DNA of 64,000 bases from Alphaproteobacteria bacterium (GTDB lineage Bacteria > Pseudomonadota > Alphaproteobacteria > Bin95): NCBI GenBank assembly GCA_963665325.3, contig CAXXWS020000003.1, positions 768,001 to 832,000 of the forward strand, read 5' to 3'. Made by a program: the position numbers and the translations under genes. Positions 30,559 through 40,451 of this stretch are shown one piece after another (positions within the stretch are counted from its first letter, which is position 1; each line of letters opens with the position of its first letter). The notes under the pieces are model-generated. The model was not told the origin of the DNA. It ran no database searches and saw only the letters and a list, made by a program, of their open reading frames with translations.

Positions 30559-31323
30559 ATGCCCGAATCCGCACCGGGTTTCGACGAGATGCCGCTCCAC
30601 AACATGCCCGCGGCGCCGGCCCCGGATCGTGGTCCGGGGCAGGTGTCGATCCGGCAGGCCGCGAGCCGCCGCCGTCTCCGGGCACGCTTCCTGCGCGCCG
30701 GGCGCGAGGCGGTCGACGACCGCGATCTGCTTGAGCTGCTGCTCTCCGGGCGCCCGTCGGTGGACGACGCCGGCGCACTTGCCGCAAGCCTGCTGGACCT
30801 GTTCGGCACGGCGCCGCGCGCGCTCGCCGCCCGACCGGACCGGCTGCGCAGCGTGCCCGGCCTGCCGGAAGACGCCATCGCCGTCCTCAAGGCGGCCGAG
30901 GCGCTCGGCATCCGCATGGCGCGGGCGGACGTGCCCGAGACCGTGCGCCCGTCCTTCGGCAGCTACGACAAGGTGATCGAGTATTGCCGCACGCTCGCCG
31001 GACACCGCGAGGTCGAGGAATTCCACGTTTTGTATCTCAACCGGAAGAATGTGCTCATCGCCGACGAGTGCCACCAGAAAGGCTCCGTCTGCCACAGGCC
31101 GGTCTATCCCCGGGAGATCTGCGTGCGCGCGCTGGAGCTTCAGGCCAGCGCGATCGTGGCGGTCCACGATCATCCGAGCGGTTCACCCGATCCGTCCCGC
31201 GCCGACATCGACATGACGAACCGCATCCGGGACGCGCTGAAGACCATCGAGGTCACGCTGCTCGACCATGTGATCGTAACCCCGAGCGGCTCGGTCAGCT
31301 TCCAGGCGCTTGGCCTGCTCTGA
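30559..31323 (+). CDS. radC: RadC-like JAB-domain protein
   Basis: EEFHVLYLN.KN...VYPREI...VHDHPSG...PSRADI..T...LLDHVIV. Confidence 0.9.
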   Translation: MPESAPGFDEMPLHNMPAAPAPDRGPGQVSIRQAASRRRLRARFLRAGREAVDDRDLLELLLSGRPSVDDAGALAASLLDLFGTAPRALAARPDRLRSVPGLPEDAIAVLKAAEALGIRMARADVPETVRPSFGSYDKVIEYCRTLAGHREVEEFHVLYLNRKNVLIADECHQKGSVCHRPVYPREICVRALELQASAIVAVHDHPSGSPDPSRADIDMTNRIRDALKTIEVTLLDHVIVTPSGSVSFQALGLL

Positions 31324-31370
31324 CCCGCCAGAGCGACCGCCTCCCACTCTTTCCCGCAAGGAACCCGACC

Positions 31371-31787
31371 ATGCCCGAACCCGGCAACGCCGCCGCATTC
31401 GATCCCGTCATCTTCGCCTACACCCGCGCCCAGGCGATCGAGGACGGCATCCTCGTCGACGTCTCCGAAACCGCGCGCGAAGCCGGTTTCAACATCCCCG
31501 TCGCGGTCACTCGCACCGTCTGGGATCGCATTATCGCCCTTCCCGAGGGCTACCGCGGTTTCCAGGACGAGGCCGGCCGGCTCTGGGACGTGCTCTGGAT
31601 GGCGCGCCACTACGCGCTCCGCGCCTCCGACAGCGACCGCGTGAGAATGTCCGTGCTGGTGCGCGACGTCCGCAAGGACCTCCGCGACAGCCACCGGCCG
31701 CCCCGCAAGCACTTCCCCATCGTGGCGATCGGCGCCGGCGATTCCGGCGAGGCCGCAATCACCATCATGTTTCCCGAGGACGACTGA
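31371..31787 (+). CDS. DUF6573-like protein
   Basis: IFAYTRAQAIEDGILVDVS...QDEAGRLWDVLWM...ITIMFPED. Confidence 0.7.
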   Translation: MPEPGNAAAFDPVIFAYTRAQAIEDGILVDVSETAREAGFNIPVAVTRTVWDRIIALPEGYRGFQDEAGRLWDVLWMARHYALRASDSDRVRMSVLVRDVRKDLRDSHRPPRKHFPIVAIGAGDSGEAAITIMFPEDD

Positions 31788-31789
31788 GC

Positions 31790-32266
31790 ATGCGGATCCT
31801 CAGCCCCGAGCAGCAGCTCGAAATCGCCCGCCGCGTCCACGAGACCTTCGACCGCCCGAAGCGATGGCATCAGGGAGGGTGGGGCCGCGACGACGACGGC
31901 GACGTGATCGAGTTCGACGGCGGCTTCCACGTCGTCGACAACGACGAGGTCCGCCACCGTCCCGCCTTCCGCCTCGCCACGCCCGAGAGCCCCCGCTGCT
32001 TCTGCCTCGGCGCCGCCATCCGCATCCACACCGGTTCGGTGCTCTGGCGCGACCCGTCCCATACCGGCGAGGCTACCGAGACCATGTGCGCCGTCTACAC
32101 CCGGCTCGCCGGCATCGACACCGGCGCCCGGGAACAGGACGCGGCGGTTTCCGAGCCTCATCTGAACGGCCTCATCGAATGGAACGACTCGGACGAGCGT
32201 TCCTGGCGGGACATCCGCGAACTCACCGCCGCCGTTCTGCGCCACCTCGACGCGCAACGCTGGTGA
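31790..32266 (+). CDS. Hypothetical protein (DUF6197-like)
   Basis: W.QG...CFCLGAAI...WND...R motif pattern seen in phage/plasmid proteins. Confidence 0.5.
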   Translation: MRILSPEQQLEIARRVHETFDRPKRWHQGGWGRDDDGDVIEFDGGFHVVDNDEVRHRPAFRLATPESPRCFCLGAAIRIHTGSVLWRDPSHTGEATETMCAVYTRLAGIDTGAREQDAAVSEPHLNGLIEWNDSDERSWRDIRELTAAVLRHLDAQRW

Positions 32267-32418
32267 CCGCGGCCTCCGAAGGCCGCGCCCCCTCTCCACT
32301 TGGTCCCTCCCTGCCGCGCCCTCCGTGCGCCGCCCCGCCCGGAGTCCGGCCAGCCGGCGGCGCGGCGCGGGAGTTCCGCCGTGCCGGACGCTCATGCCCT
32401 TACAGCCCGGAGACCGCC

Positions 32419-32952
32419 ATGCTCCACCGGATCACCGGCCGCGCCACCAAGTGCGGCCCCTCCGCAATCTCCGCGATCGCCGGCGTGCCGACCCACGAGG
32501 CCGCCGCCGTCATCCGCCGCCTGTTCGACCGGCCCTCGGTCAACGGCGTCCATACGGACGAGCTCGCGGCTGCCCTCGAAGAGTTCGGCTTCGTTCCCGA
32601 CTACGCGATCCGCCATCCGAAGTACCGCGAGCGCCGCCATGCGCGCCGCGAAGAGGTCTGGGACCGCATCTTCGCGGACGTCCCGTTCGAGGCGCGCGCC
32701 ATCACGCTCGGGACGTTCCTCGACCCCGCGCCCGCTGGGACCTGGGCGATTTCGGCGAGCCATCACTTCGTGGCCTATGCGGACGGCTTCGTCGCGGATT
32801 CCGGTGCGTGGTTTTCACGCAAGCCGGTCTTCTGGTTCCGCGCCATTCCCGACCATGACCGGGTCGCCCTGCGGCGCGTCCGGGAGGCGGTCCGGTTCGT
32901 GCACGCGCCCGGAATCGCCGTCCGGCGCAACCCATCCTCCCAGGAGCGCTGA
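32419..32952 (+). CDS. Hypothetical protein, possible papain/C39-like fold
   Basis: CGPSAISAI...HHFVAY...VAD gives Cys-His-Asp spacing; GGAGA RBS. Confidence 0.5.
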   Translation: MLHRITGRATKCGPSAISAIAGVPTHEAAAVIRRLFDRPSVNGVHTDELAAALEEFGFVPDYAIRHPKYRERRHARREEVWDRIFADVPFEARAITLGTFLDPAPAGTWAISASHHFVAYADGFVADSGAWFSRKPVFWFRAIPDHDRVALRRVREAVRFVHAPGIAVRRNPSSQER

Positions 32953-32954
32953 CC

Positions 32955-33599
32955 ATGCCCCAGGTTATCGAGACCACGGTCTACACGATCGACGAGCTCT
33001 CCGACGCCGCGAAGGAGAACGCCCGCATCTGGTATCGCGACCAGGGCCTTCACGACGAGTGGTACGACTTCGTCTGCGAGGACTTCCTGACCATCTGCCG
33101 GATCCTCGGCGTGACGCTCGCCACCAGCCCGGTGCGCCTCTATGGCGGCGGAACCCGCGACAAGCCGCACATCTTTTTCAGGCTCTCGTGGAGCCAGGGG
33201 GATGGCGCGAGCTTCGCTGGCCGGTACAGCTACGCCCGAGGCGCCGCCAACGCTATCCGCGCCCACGCGCCGCAGGACGCGGAGCTGCACCGGATCGCGG
33301 ACGAGTTGCAGGCGGTCCAGCGGCGCAATTTCCACCAGCTTCACGCCACCGTCCGGCAACAGGGCTGCTATTGCCATGAGTACACCATGACGATCGGGGT
33401 CGAACGCGACAGCCCGACCTGGCAACCGCCAACGGACGGCGCGGAAGAGACCGTGACCGAGGCGCTGCGCGATCTCGCGCGCTGGCTCTACCGCCAGCTG
33501 CGCTCGGAATACGAGCACCAGACCTCCGACGAAGCCGTCGACGAGATCGTCTCGATCAACGAGTGGACCTTCAAGGCGGATGGCACACGATTTGGCTGA
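32955..33599 (+). CDS. Conserved alphaproteobacterial plasmid protein (often labelled 'antitoxin of toxin-antitoxin stability system')
   Basis: IETTVY..DELSDAAKE.AR.WYR...SQGDGA.F...DLARWLYRQL..EYE; usual position before strawberry notch. Confidence 0.7.
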   Translation: MPQVIETTVYTIDELSDAAKENARIWYRDQGLHDEWYDFVCEDFLTICRILGVTLATSPVRLYGGGTRDKPHIFFRLSWSQGDGASFAGRYSYARGAANAIRAHAPQDAELHRIADELQAVQRRNFHQLHATVRQQGCYCHEYTMTIGVERDSPTWQPPTDGAEETVTEALRDLARWLYRQLRSEYEHQTSDEAVDEIVSINEWTFKADGTRFG

Positions 33600-33787
33600 C
33601 GCCGCCGGTTGGCCGCACCGGGCGCTGACCCTGGCGGTCTGACCGAACCGCCTCTTCCTTCCTGAACCCGTCCGCGCGCCCGCATGCGCGTCCGGCTCCG
33701 CCGACGCGCCCGGCGCCGGCGGGAGTCCGGCCAGCCGGCCGGGGGCGGTCGGCGGGACGGGGCGGGAGTTCCCGTTCCGCGCCTGCC

Positions 33788-33845
33788 GCCTGCCCCGGAC
33801 CACGATCCGGGAGCCTGCCCCGGACCACGATCCGGGGGCCTGCCC
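33788..33845. repeat. Tandem copies of a 25-bp palindromic REP/RPE-like unit
   Basis: GCCTGCCCCGGACCACGATCCGGG(A/G) twice plus a partial third copy. Confidence 0.8.
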
Positions 33846-33870
33846 GGTCCCTTCCCTGACGGAGCCTGCC

Positions 33871-36800
33871 ATGCTTGACGCCAATCCGGCGCCGGACGCC
33901 CTCGCGCGTCCGCCCCTTCCCGCCACCGCCATCGACCCGCCCGCATCGCCGGTCCGTCCGATCCAGGGCGATGCCATTTTCGCCGCGGCCCATGCCCTGC
34001 TGCCGGTCCTGGAGGCGGGCAAGCCGCTCGACGCCGCAACCCTCCGGGACGCCATGACGGATGCCTTCGGCGGTTCCGATTCCTCGGGCGCCTGGGTCTG
34101 GAAGGACGCCTACGAGGCCGCCGAGGCGGCGTGCGTGCTGTTCCTCCAGCGCTACGGCCGTGGCATGCGCCGCACTTGCGGCGCCGGATCGGACGGCCCG
34201 CGCCGCATGCTGGCGATGCTGGAGGCGGTCGCCGCGCTGGAGCCCTCCCACACCAGGCGCTCGGAGGAGCAGGTCCGGCTGCAACAGTTCTCGACGCCGC
34301 TGTCACTCGCCTATGCCGCCCTCCAGGCCGCCGCGATCCGGCCCGGCGACGTCGTGCTGGAGCCCTCGGCCGGCACCGGCATGCTCGCCGTCATGGCGCA
34401 GTGCGCGCTGGGCAATTCCGCCACCGGCAATCTCCATCTCAACGAATACGCGCAGACGCGGGCGCGGCTTCTGACCAGGCTGTTCCCGCAGGCCGTGGTG
34501 ACGGCGTTCAACGCCGAGGCCATCGCCGACCGGCTGCGCGACGTCCACCCGACCGTGGTGCTGATGAACCCGCCGTTTTCGGCAACGCCCGGTGTGGACC
34601 GCATCACCCGCGACGCCGACCTGCGCCATGTCCGCTCGGCCGCCTCGATGCTGCCGCCGGGAGGCCGGCTGGTGACGATCACCTCGGCCCATTGCGCGCC
34701 GGGCGACACCGTCGGCCGTCTCGATCCCCCGGCGCGCTGCATCTTCACCATGGCGATCGACGGGCGCGCCTATGCGCGCCGGGGCACCGGGTTCGACACC
34801 CGCCTCACCGTGCTGGAGCGCGGCGCTGGACCCGAAGTGGATCTGGACGGAACGGTCCGCGCCGCCAACGCCGCAGCGCTGCTCGAAGCCGTCATCGCGC
34901 AGGTGCCGAAGCGGCAGCCGATCGCGCCGATGCCAGTGCCGGCCGGTCCGTCGCGCGACCTGTTCGGCAAGCCGGTCGCGCCGAAACCGGCGAAGCGCGG
35001 TCCCAAGCCCGCATCGACGCCCGAGACCCGGCAGGCCCATGACTGGGGGCCGGTTACGGAACTGGCCGTCGAGACCGGCCCGGTCGAGCCGCTTGCCGAT
35101 TCCCCTGACAACAACGCCGGCCCCTACGCCCCCTGGCGGCCGGGCGTCGTGCGGGCGCCGGGCGCGGTCGAGCATCCGACCCCGCTGGTGCAATCCGCGG
35201 CGATGGCCGCCGTGCCGCACCCGGCGCCGGCGTACCGGCCGATGCTCCCGGATCGCGTAGTGACGGAAGCCCAGCTGTCCGACGCCCAGCTGGAGAGCGT
35301 CGTCCTGGCTGGGGAAGCCCATTCGCGCCACCTCGCGGCGCAGTACCGCATCGGCTCCCAGTGGGAGACCGTCCACCGCTGCCCGGAAGACGGTGAGGAC
35401 GAGGAAGAGATCGACACCTCCCTTGTCACCCAGGAAGGCGAGACCCTGTCGGAACCGGTGTGCTTCCGCCGGGGCTGGATGCTGGGCGACGGCACCGGCT
35501 GCGGCAAGGGCAGGCAGGTCGCGGCGATCATCCTCGACAACCGCCTCCGTGGCAGGAAGCGCGCCCTCTGGCTGTCACAGTCCGACAAGCTGCTGGAGGA
35601 CGCGCGCCGCGACTGGACCGCGCTGGGCGGGCTGGAGAGCGACGTCATCCCGCTGGGGAACTTCCGCCAGGGGATGGAGATACCCCTCGACGAGGGGATT
35701 CTCTTCGCCACCTACGCCACGCTGCGCTCGCCGTCCCGCCAGGGCCGGCCCTCGCGACTCGACCAGATTGTGCAGTGGCTGGCCGGCTCATTGGACGAGG
35801 AGGACCGCCACGCCTTCGACGGGGTCATCGTGTTCGACGAGGCGCATGCGATGGCGAACGCGGCCGGCTCGAAGTCCGAGCGCGGCGAGGTGAAGCCCTC
35901 GCAGCAGGGCCGCGCCGGGCTGCGGTTGCAGAATGCATTGCCGGATGCCCGGATCGCCTATGTGTCCGCCACCGGCGCCACCACGCTGCCGGGTTTGGCG
36001 TATGCGGGGCGGCTCGGTCTGTGGGCCGCCGGCGAGACGCCGTTCGAGAGCCGCGTCGAGTTCGTTTCCGCCATGGAGGCGGGCGGCGTCGCCGCCATGG
36101 AAGTGGTGGCGCGCGATCTCAAAGCGCTCGGCCTCTACCAGGCAAGGGCGCTTGCCTATGACGGCATCGAGGTCGACATCCTCGAACACCCGCTCACCCC
36201 CGAGCAGCGGCGCATCTACGACGCCTATGCCGACGCCTTCAAGGTGATCCACGCCAACATCGAGGAAGCGCTGAAGGCCACCGGCATCGTCCAGGGCGAG
36301 GACACGCTCAACAGGAATGCAAAATCGGCGGCATTGTCGGCCTTCGAGGGGACCAAGCAGCGCTTCTTCGGCCATCTGCTGACCGGCATGAAGTGCCCCT
36401 CGACCATCCGTGCGATCGACGCCGACCTCGCGGCACACAGATCCTCTGTGGTCCAGCTGGTCTCGACCGGCGAGGCGCTGATGGAACGCCGCATCGCCGA
36501 CGTCCCGGCCTCGGAGTGGGACGACCTCAATATCGACCTCACCCCGCGCGACGCCATCCTGTCCTACCTGATGCACGCCTTCCCGGTGCAGTTGCAGGAA
36601 CCCTTCACCGACGACGGCGGCAATCTGCTCAGCCGGCCCGCCAGGGATGACGATGGCAACCCGGTGATCTGCCGCGAGGCCGAGGATCGGCGCGACGCGC
36701 TGATCGAGAAGCTCGCGGCCCTGCCGCCGGTGCCGACGGCGCTGGACCAGATCGTGCAGCATTTCGGGCACGAGGCCGTCGCGGAGGTCACCGGCCGGTC

Positions 36801-38382
36801 GCGGCGCGTGCTACGCATTACGGATGCCAAGGGCGAGCGTCTGGCGCTGCGCAGCCGGCCCGCTTCGGCCAATCTCGCCGAGACCGCCGCGTTCATGGAC
36901 GGCGAGAAGCGCATCCTCGTGTTCTCCATGGCCGGCGGGACCGGCAGGAGCTACCACGCGGATCTGTCCTGCGGGAACACCGAGCGGCGCATCCACTACC
37001 TGCTGGAGCCGGGCTGGCGCGCCGACCAGGCGATCCAGGGGCTGGGCAGGACCCACCGCACGCACCAGGCCTCCGCGCCGATGTTCCGGCCCGTCACCAC
37101 CGACGTGAAGGGCGAGCGCAGGTTCATCGCCACCATCGCCAGAAGGTTGGACAGCCTGGGCGCCATCACGCGCGGCCAGCGGGATTCGCAGACCGCGATG
37201 GGCGGCAGCGACGCCGTGCTGTTCCGCGAGAGCGACAATCTGGAGAGCCTCTACGCCAGGGCGGCATTGCGCCAGTTCTACGGCGCGCTCTGGCGCGGCA
37301 GCATCGAGGGCTGGAACCTGGAGCGCTTCGAGAAGGCCACCGGACTGAAGCTCACCTGGGAGGGCTCGCTCAAGGAAGACCTGCCGCCCATGCCCAGGTT
37401 CCTCAACCGGCTGCTGGCGCTTCCCATCGCCGAGCAGAACCAGCTCTTCGCCGAGCTGGAGAGCCGCATCGCTTCCAACATCGAGCAGGCGATCGAGGCC
37501 GGCAGCTACGAGGTCGGCGTCGAGACCGTCACCGCCGACTCGCTCGCCGTCGCCGGACGGGAGACGCTCTACGAGCATCCCGGCACCGGTGCGGCGACCG
37601 AGCTGGTCGAGATCGTCCGACGAGACAGGCTGGTGCCGCTTTCGGCCGAATCGGCGCTGGAGATCGGTCAGCAGGATCCCGGTCCGGACGGCCTGCCCCG
37701 GACTGGATCCGGGGGCAAGCCGCGCCTCACCGTCAACGCCCGCTCGAAGCGCGCCGCCGTCATCCTGCCGGCGTCGTCGCGCATGCTGGACGACGGCGGG
37801 GTGCGGGAACGGGTGCGCCTGATCCGGCCCGCCACCGGCGAGACGATGGCCCGGGCCGAGCTCGACGCCTCCAACTGGCGCCCCGCCGACGAAGCGCGGT
37901 GGCGCCGCGTGTGGGACGCTGAGATCGCCGGGCTGCCGTCGCACCGGGAGACGCGCTTCTGGCTCGCCTCCGGCCTGCTGCTGCCGGTCTGGGACCGGCT
38001 GCCGGCCGAGAACATGCGGGTCAGGCGGCTCACGTCGGATGACGGTATCTCCCTCATCGGGCGCGTGCTCGACGCGGAGCAGGTGCGCGCCGTGCGCGCC
38101 GGCTTCGGCCTCGACGGCGGTCCCGCCATGACCGGCGCCGAGGCCTTCGAGGCCGTCATGGGACGGGGCAACGCGCTGCCGCTGGCCAACGGCTGGCGGC
38201 TCGCGCGCCGCCGCCTGATGGGCGCCGACCGGATCGAGATCGAGGGGCCGGCGGACACCGACATGGCCGTGCTGAAGCGCATGGGCTGCGTCACCGAGAT
38301 CGTCTCATGGCGAACCCGTGTGTTCGCGCCAAATGCGGACGTCGTTGCACGCCTCCTCGACCGCTGGCCGCTCGCCGCCTGA
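33871..38382 (+). CDS. Strawberry-notch-family methyltransferase-helicase
   Basis: QQFSTP, LEPSAGTG, MNPPF (MTase); GDGTGCGKGR, FDEAHAM, SATGA, QGLGRTHR (SF2 helicase). Confidence 0.92.
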   Translation: MLDANPAPDALARPPLPATAIDPPASPVRPIQGDAIFAAAHALLPVLEAGKPLDAATLRDAMTDAFGGSDSSGAWVWKDAYEAAEAACVLFLQRYGRGMRRTCGAGSDGPRRMLAMLEAVAALEPSHTRRSEEQVRLQQFSTPLSLAYAALQAAAIRPGDVVLEPSAGTGMLAVMAQCALGNSATGNLHLNEYAQTRARLLTRLFPQAVVTAFNAEAIADRLRDVHPTVVLMNPPFSATPGVDRITRDADLRHVRSAASMLPPGGRLVTITSAHCAPGDTVGRLDPPARCIFTMAIDGRAYARRGTGFDTRLTVLERGAGPEVDLDGTVRAANAAALLEAVIAQVPKRQPIAPMPVPAGPSRDLFGKPVAPKPAKRGPKPASTPETRQAHDWGPVTELAVETGPVEPLADSPDNNAGPYAPWRPGVVRAPGAVEHPTPLVQSAAMAAVPHPAPAYRPMLPDRVVTEAQLSDAQLESVVLAGEAHSRHLAAQYRIGSQWETVHRCPEDGEDEEEIDTSLVTQEGETLSEPVCFRRGWMLGDGTGCGKGRQVAAIILDNRLRGRKRALWLSQSDKLLEDARRDWTALGGLESDVIPLGNFRQGMEIPLDEGILFATYATLRSPSRQGRPSRLDQIVQWLAGSLDEEDRHAFDGVIVFDEAHAMANAAGSKSERGEVKPSQQGRAGLRLQNALPDARIAYVSATGATTLPGLAYAGRLGLWAAGETPFESRVEFVSAMEAGGVAAMEVVARDLKALGLYQARALAYDGIEVDILEHPLTPEQRRIYDAYADAFKVIHANIEEALKATGIVQGEDTLNRNAKSAALSAFEGTKQRFFGHLLTGMKCPSTIRAIDADLAAHRSSVVQLVSTGEALMERRIADVPASEWDDLNIDLTPRDAILSYLMHAFPVQLQEPFTDDGGNLLSRPARDDDGNPVICREAEDRRDALIEKLAALPPVPTALDQIVQHFGHEAVAEVTGRSRRVLRITDAKGERLALRSRPASANLAETAAFMDGEKRILVFSMAGGTGRSYHADLSCGNTERRIHYLLEPGWRADQAIQGLGRTHRTHQASAPMFRPVTTDVKGERRFIATIARRLDSLGAITRGQRDSQTAMGGSDAVLFRESDNLESLYARAALRQFYGALWRGSIEGWNLERFEKATGLKLTWEGSLKEDLPPMPRFLNRLLALPIAEQNQLFAELESRIASNIEQAIEAGSYEVGVETVTADSLAVAGRETLYEHPGTGAATELVEIVRRDRLVPLSAESALEIGQQDPGPDGLPRTGSGGKPRLTVNARSKRAAVILPASSRMLDDGGVRERVRLIRPATGETMARAELDASNWRPADEARWRRVWDAEIAGLPSHRETRFWLASGLLLPVWDRLPAENMRVRRLTSDDGISLIGRVLDAEQVRAVRAGFGLDGGPAMTGAEAFEAVMGRGNALPLANGWRLARRRLMGADRIEIEGPADTDMAVLKRMGCVTEIVSWRTRVFAPNADVVARLLDRWPLAA

Positions 38383-38501
38383 GCAGCACGCATGATACGT
38401 ATGGCCGGCTCGCCGCCCGCCGTTATTCCATCGCCGGTGCGCCGGGGGGTACCGCCGGCCCGCCGCCCGCCGATCCCATTCAGCGCACAAGGAGAGCCGC
38501 C

Positions 38502-38771
38502 ATGACCGCGCAGACCCTCCCGGACGAGCCGAACTTCTGTTTCGTGCCCGCCTACGATGTCGAAACCGACGTGCAGCAGATCAGAATCGTGATCGAGGGC
38601 CTCGCCGGGCATGTCCCCACCGCGCTGATCGCGCTCGATCTGGACGATGCTCTCGCCATTTGCGACAAGCTGAACCGAAGGATCGGTTACGACCGCGAGG
38701 CCTGGACCGCCATGGTGGCCGCCTCCATGCAGGCCGAGGACGACGATCCGGAGATCGACCCCTGGCACTGA
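38502..38771 (+). CDS. Small hypothetical protein, copy A
   Basis: AAGGAG RBS; close paralog at 43042-43311. Confidence 0.75.
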   Translation: MTAQTLPDEPNFCFVPAYDVETDVQQIRIVIEGLAGHVPTALIALDLDDALAICDKLNRRIGYDREAWTAMVAASMQAEDDDPEIDPWH

Positions 38772-38953
38772 GGCCGCCATCCCGCAAACGCCACTCCACG
38801 TGTCGGCGCTCGGGGAGCTGTTTTCCCTACAGCGCCCGCAAGTTCTTCCGGAGCAATGCGCTGCCGCGACAGGCAGCCCGATACGCCCATTCCGTCCCTG
38901 TGCAATGCCCACGGCGCACCCGGGGTTCACGCAGCAACCACCTCCCGGGAGCG

Positions 38954-39691
38954 TCAGGCCTTGGGACCCTCAAACCAGTCGGGAATCGGGTGTTTCCGTA
39001 TCCCCGTTTCCCGGGCGAACTCCCGGATATGGCGCCACTTTTGCAGGAAGACCTTGCAAAAGGGATTTCTCGCGCCGAGGTCGAAGATGCCTCGGCCAAG
39101 ACATTCAACGGCAACATCGTCGTCCAGCAATGGCGCCGGGCTCCAGTTGTCATAAATGACCAGCCAGTTGTTCCGGTATTTCGCGAAGCCCTGCTTTCTG
39201 AACCTTTCCCCCTTTTCTTCAACGCGATCCAACACGGCCTCGACCCAGTTGCGCTCTATCGAGTTTCCCATGTCAGGAACAGCCTGTATCTGTCCCCTCG
39301 CGACCTTCTCGATCTCGGACCTCGAACGAGGCGGTTCACTGACCCGGTGGGGCGGGATGTAGCGGACGCCATGGATTCCTTTCTCCTCGGAATAGGCCCT
39401 AACCCGGGCCCAATCCTGGGGGACTACCTGGCTGATCTCGACTCCCACCCGTCCAGTAGGAGGCGTCAGAACGAGATCGGGTCTTTCGCTTGTCTCGACT
39501 CGCAGAGGGTATTCCAGGAGACCGGCTTGGGCGGTCGCGCCAAGGAAACGACACGTAATCCATCTCTCGGAACGCACCTTTCGATCCCGGCCCCGACCGC
39601 GCCCCGGTGGAGGAACCCGAACATCGTTGGCGCGAAGCTTCGCGGCGAGTTCCGACGACGACCCAACCTGGAACGGCCTCATTTTTCGCAT
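38954..39691 (-). CDS. Putative PD-(D/E)XK-fold protein
   Basis: E...SERPDLVL...VGVEISQ; NWLVIYDN. Confidence 0.5.
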   Translation of the reverse strand: MRKMRPFQVGSSSELAAKLRANDVRVPPPGRGRGRDRKVRSERWITCRFLGATAQAGLLEYPLRVETSERPDLVLTPPTGRVGVEISQVVPQDWARVRAYSEEKGIHGVRYIPPHRVSEPPRSRSEIEKVARGQIQAVPDMGNSIERNWVEAVLDRVEEKGERFRKQGFAKYRNNWLVIYDNWSPAPLLDDDVAVECLGRGIFDLGARNPFCKVFLQKWRHIREFARETGIRKHPIPDWFEGPKA

Positions 39692-39854
39692 CGCCTTCAG
39701 ATCTCCCGGCCTATCGACTGCAACGGTCTACGCATTTCTGGCATTAGAATGCCGTGCAGCCCTACGATCCTTACTCCATGGTCCGAACGCTGCGAGCCAC
39801 GCAGGCGGCCCGGGCTCCGGCCATTTGTTTCCGGTCGCGTCGTTCGCACCAGCT

Positions 39855-39935
39855 ACAGGAAACGTCTTCCCCGACGAGCATGTCCTGAAGGCCGACCTTG
39901 TCGACCGCATCGACGCCGTCCTCCGGCAGCAGGCT
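39855..39935 (+). pseudogene. Remnant of an XRE/HigA-like antitoxin N-terminus
   Basis: GNVF-PDEHVLKADLVDRIDAVLRQQ; HTH portion missing. Confidence 0.4.
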
Positions 39936-40451
39936 ATCGCCAGGGCCAATGCCCGGCGGCCTGACGCAAAGCCCTATTGGAAGATCCGTAGCGTGACGAC
40001 GCTTCGATCTTGCCACTCGAGGTCCGGACCCGCTCAACCCGACCGTCTCAGCGCCTGAGGTGAAGCGCCGTGTCGCCGTGGGCAAGGGATGATCAGGCCG
40101 AGCGCTCAATGTTTCGTCGAATACAGGGGCTCCACCTCGGATGAAGCGCGGCATGAAGGGTTGCGCAGGCGCCCGGATCGCCGCGATCCCGAAGCAGGTC
40201 ACCGCCCCTACCGACGATCCGTGTCTGACAGCGATGGAAATCGCCGACGTCTCCACCTGAATTCAGGACTTGCGACGGGGCCTGCAATCCTCTATGGAAG
40301 CCCTTCTGGCTCGCGACGAGCCTTTGGTTGCCACGAAAGCGTCCGCGCCGGCAAACGAATCGTCGCAAAATGCGGTTCTCGCATTCACTAACGGTTTTCC
40401 AGTTCTGGCCTTGCGCAAGCGGACGTGTGCAATTTGCGCTGGAGAACCGCT

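Noticed and set aside
40080-40260. Possible 5' fragment of a SLOG pseudogene (MEIA..LH-like)
   Set aside because: Similarity too short and frameshifted to support.
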